Part shown: positions 53,571 to 64,000 of the stretch, one piece after another | How positions within the stretch are numbered: the stretch's first letter is position 1 | Layout of the letters: every line of letters begins with the position of its first letter | NCBI GenBank assembly: GCA_025786725.1 | Contig: JAHLTZ010000056.1 | Span: forward strand, 1 to 64,000 | Length of the DNA: 64,000 bases | Source of the DNA: Syncephalis fuscata S228 | Taxonomy: Eukaryota; Fungi; Zoopagomycota | Reading direction: 5' to 3' | Position numbers and translations under genes: made by a program | Notes under the pieces: generated by a model | The model's input: the letters and a program-made list of their open reading frames with translations, nothing else | The model's database searches: none | What the model was told of the DNA's origin: nothing

Positions 53571-54562
53571 ATGTCTACCTACGAAGAATGGGCCAATTAT
53601 AGTCCTATAGAGTTCTTGCAGCATAATAATGGCACTATGCAAGACATCCAGGATCGAAGTATTGGTGTATCTGGACAGCTAATGATTAATGTCCTACCAG
53701 GTACAATCTTCATTCATTGTACCTATCGTGCCGTCTTTATGACCATCAGAAATCCCAACAGAGTTGCTTCTTGGTGTTGCTTAATATTATCGCTTATTGG
53801 TGTGCTTGAATTCTGGTTCTTTCTTACAGCTGGATATATATTTGACATCTTTAGTTGTAAATCTTTATTGTGGAGCGCTATTATTAGCGTTTCTTTAGCA
53901 CCATTATTTGTTAATCTTGCTCTTTTAGAGCGTGTATATATTGTATATGCTTGTAAGCGCTGGATACTTATTGTTGGTGTTATTTTATCTTGTATATCTC
54001 CATTTGTTTTTATATATACTTTATCGAAAAAGACCGATATGTCCTATCGTCCTTTGCTGGGATGCAATGTCTTGATTCCTCCAATAGCATCATTTGCTCG
54101 TGTAATTACCGATGCACCTATCAATATTGGGTTTTCATTTGCATTTATTCTGGTTATCTACCGTCAATACAAACGATTTGGGGCTGCGTGCTGGAAAGAG
54201 CTGGCCCAAACCGGGATGATAACATCAATGCTAATTGTAGCATCCAATATTTTATGTATGCTTGCAAATGCAGCCAGCGTTCTTGGTCATTATACCGACA
54301 TGATTTACTTGGCTGACTGGTACGTACTAAATTGTTTAGTAAACAACAATTAGTGTTAACTTTTTTTAGGATTTTTACTACTTTATTGCTGGTTAATAAT
54401 ACCAGCTATTTGGAAACACTAGCTCAAAGAACAAGCGAAAGTCGTAGCCGCAATCAAAGAGATTACATGAGACAAAACTCTATGAATTCTATTAACTTTC
54501 CGACAGAGACAGCCGTTGATATATGGGCATCACGTCCAGGTGGCACTATGCTTTATCGATAA
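53571..54562 (+). CDS. Multi-pass (about 7-TM, GPCR-like) membrane protein, 2 exons
   Basis: Six to seven hydrophobic segments, LLERVY after the third helix, and Cys in two putative extracellular loops. Intron ~54320-54369 joins to the 54332-54562 frame. Confidence 0.7.
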
Positions 54563-55339
54563 CCAAAAGTTTGTATGAAACAAAAACATATACTGTCTAG
54601 TAAATAAATTACTTTATTTTCATTATTGTATTTGGTTATATATACATATGTTGTGTTAGAAAATTCGACTTAATTAAATGCTGGAAACATAACATATTTA
54701 TAAAAATTATTGTAATATGTTGCATTCAAGAATGACAAATAACAGCGAATTCAAATGTAATTGGCAAATTATAGCCTAAAATTGTCTGTTATTTTTTAAA
54801 ACTTGGATAATTCTCAATAGATCATCCGTTCTCATTGTTTTACTACAGTAACAATGGAAATTATACGCAAATTAAGAAGAGAAAAGTTATTTTTTATTAA
54901 GTAAATTTGTGTAATTTTTATAAACTTTTGAAAGTTAATTTAAAGTATTGTGGGAAAATACCTGCATAAATATTTTCTAAAGTTACTTTCCGTAATGAAT
55001 AAAGTTATTCGTTACCTATTCATTACTTATTAAAAGTGAGAGTGGCATTATACATGCTAAAATTACTAGGATGTGTTATTCCCTTCATATAAATATGTGA
55101 CAATCTGGCCATTAGTAGGGATTATAATAATACTAATGGTAATTAGCATAGTTTGGATACACTGATGGAAGTGTGAGTATATATAAATGATGCTTGGCAG
55201 TGTGATATGAGAACATCAACTGTAGCCTGGTATTAATACAAATGCCATACTGCTGAAAACTTTTGTATGTTGTTAGCTTAATTTTGTTTTTGTAATTAGT
55301 GCTTAATTTTCTTCTAGTATACACAGATTTGTTTATAAA

Positions 55340-56085
55340 ATGCTTGAGCAACTTTACAGTTTTTTATACGACTCTTTATGTCGCTTTTTAAGTTGGCTAG
55401 ACGGAAATACTCACTCTAGTAAACAGCTGGAACACACTTCCAAAAAAGAGCCCAAGATCACATTTAAACTGGTTGTTGATCCTGATGATGCTTACAATCT
55501 ACAGAGAGCCTGTAAGTAATTGTATACTATGCGCGTATGTTTATCTTATGATTGTGCGTAGGTTTTCTGCCCGAAGAGTGCGACAATATAAATACTATTA
55601 GGATGTATCACAGAGAAGCGCCAGAGCTTTTTTATGGCGCATATGTTAACGGTGAAGATGGGAAAGCCGAAAAATTAATCGGGTTTTTGTGTGGAATAGT
55701 TACAACTGGCTCATATGTCACAAAAGAAATTACCGAAAAACATGAGCCACATGGAGACAACGTGTGCGTCAATATAATATGCGTCGACAAAGATTACCGC
55801 TATCAAGGTATCAGTGACGGGCTGATCTTTAAATACCGTAAACTTCTTGATAACATGAACGCTCGTCACAAAGAAGCCACTGGAAGTAAAACGAATAGAT
55901 ACAAAAATGTACTAATGGTAACGCATGCCTCACTCATTCCATACTATGAGCACTATGGATGTAAATTTGTTGGCCTCTCTAAATTAGTTATGGGTAAGCA
56001 GGATATCGAACAATAGGTATTGCATTTAATCCTGACTGTTTGTTTAGGTCCAGAGCCGTGGTATGACATGCGTCTTCTACTATAG
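55340..56085 (+). CDS. GNAT acetyltransferase (PAA1/AANAT-like), 3 exons
   Basis: APELFYG, HEPHGDNVCVNIICVDKDYRYQGIS (motif A), LIPYYEHYG and terminal GPEPWYDM. Exon 1 from ATG 55340 joins in phase. Confidence 0.8.
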
Positions 56086-56493
56086 TTTTTCTGTCTTATA
56101 AGTTTCGTGATAATGCATAAATACTCAAATAAATCATAATTTGATTTTAAATCTTGATTTCGATTTATTATTTCGTTGGATTGTTTGCTAGTTACATTAA
56201 TAATTTTAGCAATATATTTCATGATTGTAATAAATCACTGTCCATATAATAAGCAATTATTTTATAGCACTTAATACACGTTATACAAATGATTATATTT
56301 AGTTATAACTAATGTACATTATAGAATTCAATAATATTGTTGCGTATAGCTTTTATTCTTTTCAAGCTTTTGCTTATTTATCAATTGTTAACATTGCATG
56401 CTCATTTAATATAAAATATATTAATATTTATTATTTATATATCATATTCAGTAAAAAATATTATTGCAATATCCAGCTTAATAGCAATAAACT

Positions 56494-57029
56494 AAGGTAG
56501 AAAGACTGGATGATGAGCGTGTGCTTGTTGCAAAATTTTCCATGGGTGGCTTTAATGATTCGGCGATCGAAGTAAACAGCAAAGTGTTAAGTTTTGCAGT
56601 AATTTCAACTAATTGCGACAATCCAAATCAATTCACGGATGGTCAGAACCCCATTTGATCATACTATATTGAAACCGCCAGTGCAACACCAATCATTACT
56701 TACAATGCTGTAGCAATAATAGCTACAGAGGGACTATTTATATACAATTTAGCCGATGGTACCATTATATTTCAACCTAATATTTAAGCATTGGAGTCAA
56801 TATTAACGCTTTACAATTGGTATACTTTAGCAACTAAGTGCCAAATGCAAAACCTAATTGTCTGTACTTCTAAAAACAGATATACTAAAATAATCAGTTA
56901 ACCAACAGCAAGCAGCTTGACATTCTAAATACTGAATTATTGGCCACATTATCAGTGGAATCAAACACAACAAATGCACTTGTTATGCGTTCCAATAATG
57001 GTTATAAAATAGCTGACGTTTCGTGTTAA
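56494..57029 (+). pseudogene. Decayed C-terminal fragment of a beta-strand-rich protein gene
   Basis: Protein-like frame KVERLDDERVLVAK...NPI*SYYIE...LFIYNLADGTIIF with isolated in-frame stops (56656, 56785) and no start codon. Confidence 0.45.
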
Positions 57030-58610
57030 TAAATACAAGTATCATTAATTATTTAAACATATCTGAAATGTTCTCTGATAAACTTTACCATATGTCGCAT
57101 TATAGAGATTCGACCATATGGCAAAAGGAATAAAAAGAACGATGTACTTTATCATTTACATTGTTTATTCCATTATTATAAAAATAGACTTTGTAGATCA
57201 TCTTATCGCTTTGGTAACATTATAAGTAGTAAAAGAGTGGTACATTTAGAAATTAAAACTGAAAAAAGAACAGGATAAAATAACGATTTTCATGAAAGAA
57301 TATGATCATATCTGTACATGCATGATGGTGCATATGCTTTTATGAGTACCCTGAACGACAATAATGCCATCCTTTTCAAACCCGCTTGTGACATGTAATT
57401 TGTAGGTTAAAAAAGCACATGAATTGTAATTATTTTCTTCCGGTCACATCCACATAACATTACGTCATTCTTATCATTACAAAACACCGTTATCAGTTAG
57501 TATGAGATAATAAGCTTTTTCAATCATCATTACGCAGACATGGTAGCACGGTTTTATACTTGATAAATTAGAATATGAATTACTAGAGCTTGGAATATTA
57601 TGAACCAAGTTTTAGGCAATATGCCAAGAATGCCAATGTTATGCTAATAATTGCAGTTTTTGGTTAGTAGGTTGGAGATCGTTTGATTGGCATTACTAAC
57701 GCTATGCTACAAATGATGTTTTGATGCTAATAAGTTTTTTGGCGTCCTATATAATACAGCTTATTTGCTAAACAACTGATAAAAACTTTTAAATGTTTGT
57801 GACATGTTCAAGTCATGACGACTTGTAACAAGGGTGGTGTGAATGATTTCATCCACCATAGGCACATTTTCTATCGATCCCATCAGGCACTCAACCCACA
57901 CGACCAAGCCTGAAAGTCACAACTTGGCAGCCGATAGTTGGCATGTCAATTAGTTACGATTCGCGTCAAGTTGTAAATGAGTCTTTAGTGATTTGCTTTG
58001 TTTTTATACTTAATCGCTATTGATAATTGTATTTGCTAATTCAACTCAGCTTCCGTAGCTTTTACGATTATTAGTGTGAACTTTTGATTTGATTATTCCT
58101 CCATTTATTGACGGGAAAATAAGAACAACAAAGATTATAAATAAAAAACGCGTATTTCACCACACATACGCTATAAATTAGATAGATATTAGCGCGTCTG
58201 CATTACTGCATATGTATGTGTGTAAGTGTTTTTGTGTATTTGCACGCGACTTGCGTGGATGGATGTTTGTTCATAGTTGTAAATGACATGTGCATTGTGT
58301 TTCACAGAATATTGATTGGAAGGACGGCGTTTAAACTTGATGGTTGAAATCCTATCACACCAATCGGAAGGCATGATAACGGTCAGGCTCGGGCTAGCCC
58401 ATCCATCTAGATCCGCATGGTCGCTATCGCCCACATTTCCCACTGGGTACTGGGTACTGGTGCTGACAAGCTGGACTATAAAACGAACTGGTTACAGGCT
58501 TTGACGCACATATTCATATCACCATTTCTATCTACAGCACATCTTCGTGATAGGCTATCTATATTATTTTATATTTTTATTGAACGACCGTCGTTTTCTA
58601 TCTTACAACC

Positions 58611-60419
58611 ATGGCTGATACACCGCCTGCAGACACCAATACCACCGCCAGCGCGATTAAAGCTGGTGATATTGCTTGGGTTCTGGTGTGTATATTTATA
58701 GACAAACAAATGACTTTTTTTAACATAATCATGTAGACTTCGACAGCACTAGTATTTATAATGTGTACCGGTCTCGGATTCTTCTACAGCGGACTTGCAA
58801 GAGCAAAGCACGCATTGTCGCTCATGTTTTTAATGATGATTTCGATTTCAGTTGTTTCAATTCAGGTGAGTAAATTGGCCGCTACTCATGTATCCATATT
58901 TATCTTTAATTGACTATTCCGTGTATAGTGGTATTTCTGGGGCTACTCATTAGCGTTCAGTGAGACTGGCACATCCGGATTTGTCGGCGATTTGAGTAAG
59001 TAATATTTTAATTGTATAAATTCACTGATTTTAACTAATTGTGGCCTTATTAGAACATATCGTTATGCGCGGTGTCGGTATGGAACCTCATCCAAATGCT
59101 AAAACCATTCCAGGCATTGTATTCTTTCTTTTCCAATGTATGTTTGCAGCCATCACTCCAGCGCTGGCTTTTGGATCCACAGCTGAGCGTATGAAGGTAA
59201 ATATATTTGCGCTGTATTACGCGCTGTATTTTACTAATTAATATTGCAGATCATGCCAGCCATTATTTTCCTTTTTGTCTGGTCTACTCTCGTATACGAT
59301 ATTATTACAAACTGGGTCTGGGGACCACACGGCTGGCTAATGAAACTCGGCGTTATGGACTATGCTGGGTAGGTAGTTTAATATGCTCAGTAGTATCGAT
59401 AGCTAATTTAAATCAATAATAGCGGTACTCCAGTGCACATTGCATCCGGTGTCGCAGCCGTGGCCTATGCCATGGTGTTGGGCAAACGTCGTGACTACAA
59501 TGACACCGACTCAACCGCACATAATGTGTCGTTTGTTTATTTGGGCACTGCTTTGCTTTGGTTTGGATGGATGGGCTTCAACGGCGGCTCTGCTCTTGCG
59601 GCCAACACACGCGGTATTCAAGCCATTGTCAATTCGCATTTGTCGGCATGCGTCGGTGGCTGCATTTGGGTTGCATTGGACTACCGACATGCCCGCAAGC
59701 TAAGCATGATTGGTTTTTGCACCGGCGCCATTGCCGGCCTGGCTACTGTAACTCCAGCTTGCGGTTTTATCTCCTCATCGTCTTCGTTGGTATTTGGCTT
59801 CTTGGGAGCCATTGTTTGCAATTTGGCGATCACCTACAAGCAGAAGTTTGGATTTGACGATGCTTTAGACGTGTTTGCAGTGCACTACATCGGTGGTCTA
59901 CTAGGCTTAATATTGACCGGTATGTTTGCACAGCAGTCGATCATGGCACTTTCCGCAGCACCGGGAGATATTGTGCCGCTAGGTGGTTGGTTAGACGGCA
60001 ACTGGATACAGGTCCCAATTCAGATGGCCGCCATTGCAGCCGTTTCCATCTGGTCATTTGTTGTAACCTATGGCATCTTGATTTTTATGGCCAAGGTTGG
60101 TCTTCGTTTACGCATGGACGAAGATGAAGTGGCTATCGGTACGGATTTGGCGCAGTTGGGTGAGACAGCTTATGGCTTTTTGCAAGCACCCGATGTTATT
60201 TCTCCTACCACAAGCCTAATGACTGGCATGGAAACCAACAAGATGGAAGAAGGAAAACTGAATAAACACGACACGTATCAAAGCGACACATTTCACCGAA
60301 ACTCGCAATATACCAACGGCCCAGCTGCATCTTGCTCGTCTAGCTCTCCAAATACTATTGGCGGAGAAGCACTAAAAAACGAGGACACTATTGTCATGCA
60401 AACAGTCGCATTTAATTAA
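58611..60419 (+). CDS. Ammonium transporter, Amt/Mep family, multi-exon
   Basis: GLGFFYSG, FQCMFAAITPAL, DYAGGTPVH, LWFGWMGFNGGS and DDALDVFAVH. Confidence 0.95.
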
Positions 60420-61423
60420 TAGTAACTGCATAATTGGGTGATAGTTTGTCTTTAAAAATCTAATTTTATCGCTGGTAAATAAAATAAACTGTATTTTAAA
60501 TATTACTACTATCAGCAGCAACTACTTTTATGCTATTTACGCATTTGGATAACGGAGTGTAAATAATTTATATTTTTATATCTTTATTGCTGCTGTTTAT
60601 TGCCAAAATTAAAGACATTTGTCGTTTTACCAACACCACCGTTTAAATTAAATAAATACTATTAACACACGCAAATACACTGCAGCATTCTCAACGCGAC
60701 AAACAGTTGTAATAAAGCATCAATTTTTACAAATGCACACATGTAAACTTTTAAGCTGCAGCTTTAGAATAAAACAAAAATAAAAGTAATTAAATAGTAG
60801 TATGTTATTTTATTTATTGACTGAATGGTACATTAAATACACTGATTGTAAATATAGAAATAATAATGTGCATAATTTGATTAGAATCTAGTGAATTCTC
60901 CTGCAAATAAATGAACACGGGTATATTGGTATTTAGTCATACAAGCCATTGTTCATGAGAATTAGTTGATTTGCAATCTGCGAGGAATGTTGCCCACTTA
61001 TTCCAAACAATATATTAGATTCTAGGTGTATTCGTTTCAAGTTACAATAATAGACTGGCACCGTTTTTATCACAAATGATGTAGTAAACTTTAGGCGTGA
61101 AAAGTTTTAAGCTGCAATGGCAGACATTTGCCATTATGTCACTGCTAAAACAGCAATGGACTCTACCTGTATACCATTAAAATTAGAATAAAAGGCATGT
61201 GCTGTACACGAATACTCTTTTTCTTTCTTTTTATCTACCATTGTTCCACCATTTAAACATAATTTTCTGATCTTCATGCCTTTGTAGTGAATTACTAGTT
61301 ATAATTTGAAGTAACAGCAACAGCACTGTTTTATTTACCATTAATCAACAGCATCAGCCTCAGTAGAGCTGAAGTTATCTTTTTACCAATTTTTAACTAT
61401 AGCATAATATCTGACTACCAAAA

Positions 61424-62839
61424 ATGTCGCTTACATTTTTTATCGCAGCAGCATCGGCTGCTTTATGTGGCCTATATATTGGCTACGATATAGGTGTTAT
61501 GAGCGGTGTCCTAGCAATGCCGGCATCCAAGGAATATTTTCAGTGGAAAAATGATTTTCAAAAAGGCTTTGTAGCATCAAGTTTTTTGCTGGGAGCACTT
61601 ATCAGCTCAACAACCTCAGGTCACATTGCTGACCGATTTGGAAGACGCATGTCTATCATTGCTGCATCCATCGTTTTTTTGATTGGTGGCGCCTTGCAAA
61701 CGGCAGCCACAAAATTGTCAATGTTATACGCCGGTCGGATTGTGGCTGGGCTAGCCATTGGTATCACCTATGCTGTTGTGCCTCTATATCACTCGGAGAT
61801 TTCGCCTAAAACCAAACGTGGCGCTGTTATATTTTTTAAAAATGTCGCTATTACTTTTGGTATGTTTTCGGCCTATATCATCAATTATGGTGTAAGCCAT
61901 TTGGATGGGACTATAGGTTTCCGCGTAACTTTGGCTATTCAGCTCCTACCAGCATTTTTGGTTATTATTGGCATGCTCATCTCTCCATCATCGCCACGAT
62001 GGTTGATGTACACTGGGCATGAGAAAGCTGCTCGAGAAAGCTTAGCAAAGTTTCGTAATTGGAGCGAAGATGACTTTAGACTGATTACGGAAATTGAGGA
62101 AATTAAAGAATCGTGCGAACAACAGAAAACTCTAAGTAAAACTTTTCTGATATCTATACTAAAAGGCAACATGCGCAAGCGCGTATTGCTGAGTCTTTCT
62201 ATCTCTTTACTGCAGCAGATGAGTGGAGTTAACACCATAACATATTATGCGCCTGATATTATGCGCATTTCTGAATTTACCGATAGCACAGAACAATTAT
62301 CTATGACTATTGGTAATGGCGCAACAGCTCTATTGTTTTGTATAGTAGGCGTGTTTCTTGTAGACCGTGTTGGACGCAAAGCGCTTTTTGCTTTTGGCGG
62401 AATAATGATGGGATTATCAATGCTTATACTTGCCATTCTATTGGCTCTTATTACTTCCGATAGTACTAGCCGTTCCAAAGGATACGGTGTGCTAGCCATG
62501 CAGTACGCTTTTAATGCATTCTATGCCTTTACATGGGGTCCAACACCGTGGGTCTATGTATCTGAAATTTGTCCACAACATATACGTGCAAAGGTTCTTG
62601 GTATTTCAACAACCTGCAGCTGGTTGATCAACTTTACTGTTACACAACTATCACCATATTTGATTGACGCACTAGGATGGGGAATATTTGCGATATACGC
62701 TGGCATCTGTATTCTCGGTGGCCTCTGGGAGTATTTTGTTCTTGTTGAAACAAAAAACAAGTCGTTAGAGGAGATTGGAGATTTCTTTACAAGCTCAACC
62801 ATATCCACCGAAAAAAGCTTAGAGCAGTCACACGCTTAA
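61424..62839 (+). CDS. MFS sugar porter, intronless
   Basis: GYDIG, DRFGRR, PSSPRWL, QQMSGVN..YYAP, DRVGRK, WGPTPWVYVSEI and ETKNKSLEEI. Confidence 0.93.
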   Translation: MSLTFFIAAASAALCGLYIGYDIGVMSGVLAMPASKEYFQWKNDFQKGFVASSFLLGALISSTTSGHIADRFGRRMSIIAASIVFLIGGALQTAATKLSMLYAGRIVAGLAIGITYAVVPLYHSEISPKTKRGAVIFFKNVAITFGMFSAYIINYGVSHLDGTIGFRVTLAIQLLPAFLVIIGMLISPSSPRWLMYTGHEKAARESLAKFRNWSEDDFRLITEIEEIKESCEQQKTLSKTFLISILKGNMRKRVLLSLSISLLQQMSGVNTITYYAPDIMRISEFTDSTEQLSMTIGNGATALLFCIVGVFLVDRVGRKALFAFGGIMMGLSMLILAILLALITSDSTSRSKGYGVLAMQYAFNAFYAFTWGPTPWVYVSEICPQHIRAKVLGISTTCSWLINFTVTQLSPYLIDALGWGIFAIYAGICILGGLWEYFVLVETKNKSLEEIGDFFTSSTISTEKSLEQSHA

Positions 62840-62934
62840 TTTGTATAAAATTCTGCAATGCATAGCTATTAAAACTTGGGCATTAATTAGACATTTATCC
62901 GAGCATTAATAAATAATTACAATGTTTATTTTTA

Positions 62935-64000
62935 TTAAAATTCAGTTGCGTAATGTCGAGTAATTGATTCTAATGATCGCTGTTTTGTCTCGTATAATTT
63001 TGTCCATACCCATCCACTAATGAATATACAAATCATACTAAATACTCCATATATCCACCAGCCGATTATTTCAATAATAAATGGAAACAACATTTTTATG
63101 GCTACATCTAACGTCCAATAGGCTGCACCTGCCATTGATAGACCACTGGCACGATGTCTGAAAGGTAGTATCTCAGCAGCAAATAACCATGCAATTGGAC
63201 CCCAGCTCAATGAAAATGCTGCAAAAAATAAACAAATAGCAACTAAACACCCATATGGTACCCATAAAGCATCAATATTTGTTTGGTGTATTATTGCTAA
63301 AGTTAGCACTGCGCCATGCGCCATAGACATTAATGCGGCTCCAATTGCTAGTATTTTGCGCCGCCCAACACGGTCCACTAGACATACGCAAAGAGGCGCA
63401 CTAAGCATTGTAGTGATTCCAATTCCCGCCATAACAATAAATTCAACTCTGTCTTTGTAAAAGCCCATTTGTCGTAGAAATATTGGCGTGTGATAAATCA
63501 TAGGGGCTATTCCACAAAGCTGTCGTAGTAATAGCACAGTAATTGCGTGCATAAATTGTTGGCTGGCTAAAACGGTGTACCATTTTTCCTGTGTTTTAAT
63601 TTCATGCTCTTTCGTAGATATACGAATAATTAGCTGAAGCTCATTTTGCAGCATCGAATGCGGATAGCGTGGTCCTCGAAGCTGGGCCAACGTCAATTCG
63701 GCCTTATCCATTTGTCCAGACCATGCAATCCAACGTGGTGATGATGGAAGCCAATAAGTTGTACATAACATGATGATAAATGAAGTCACAACTTGAATAA
63801 TGAATGGTGTACGCCATTCATTTTTGTATTGATTATTCTCAGCCGTTTCAAAACCTGTAAGTGTAGAAATTAATAATCCAAATCCAAACAGTAATTCCTG
63901 ACATGCTACGAATGCACCTCGTGAACCACTGGGTGCAATTTCAGTTAAATAAATAGAACATCCAACCCAAAGTAAACCCATTGATACACCAAAAATAAAC
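62935..64000 (-). CDS. MFS sugar porter, 3' part (5' end outside the window)
   Basis: YLTEIAP..RG, PSSPRW, DRVGRR, WGPIAWLFAAEILP and ETKQRSLE. Confidence 0.9.
   Translation of the reverse strand, partial: FIFGVSMGLLWVGCSIYLTEIAPSGSRGAFVACQELLFGFGLLISTLTGFETAENNQYKNEWRTPFIIQVVTSFIIMLCTTYWLPSSPRWIAWSGQMDKAELTLAQLRGPRYPHSMLQNELQLIIRISTKEHEIKTQEKWYTVLASQQFMHAITVLLLRQLCGIAPMIYHTPIFLRQMGFYKDRVEFIVMAGIGITTMLSAPLCVCLVDRVGRRKILAIGAALMSMAHGAVLTLAIIHQTNIDALWVPYGCLVAICLFFAAFSLSWGPIAWLFAAEILPFRHRASGLSMAGAAYWTLDVAIKMLFPFIIEIIGWWIYGVFSMICIFISGWVWTKLYETKQRSLESITRHYATEF

Overview
AT-rich, intron-rich fungal DNA. It probably comes from an early-diverging lineage (Zoopagomycota/Mucoromycota-like), inferred from gene content and short introns. 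The left quarter holds a ~12.5-kb nested repeat island. Its frame is a ~2.15-kb palindromic (foldback-like) element built from 334-bp subunits (3248-15767). The right arm was hit by a Ty1/copia element (4987-15064; identical-looking 267-bp LTRs, TA...CA ends, PBS matching the 5' half of tRNA-Lys(CUU)) and by a related solo LTR (15238-15514). The copia element is itself split by an intact Ty3/gypsy chromovirus (6333-11785). Host genes, left to right: secreted Cu-only SOD-like (partial), mitochondrial carrier, two small orphan/secreted ORFs, a U3 snoRNA absent from the ORF track, Pom33/TMEM33, VPS4, class-3 lipase, myosin-motor chitin synthase, velvet regulator, a helical hypothetical, PFK-2/FBPase-2, ARPC3, a multi-TM protein, a GNAT, a decayed ORF, an Amt/Mep ammonium transporter and two convergent sugar porters. 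Five apparent one-base frameshifts occur in three otherwise intact genes, and all can be placed at an in-frame CAG. Assembly error is the null explanation. Exon models and family calls were read by eye, and no searches were run.
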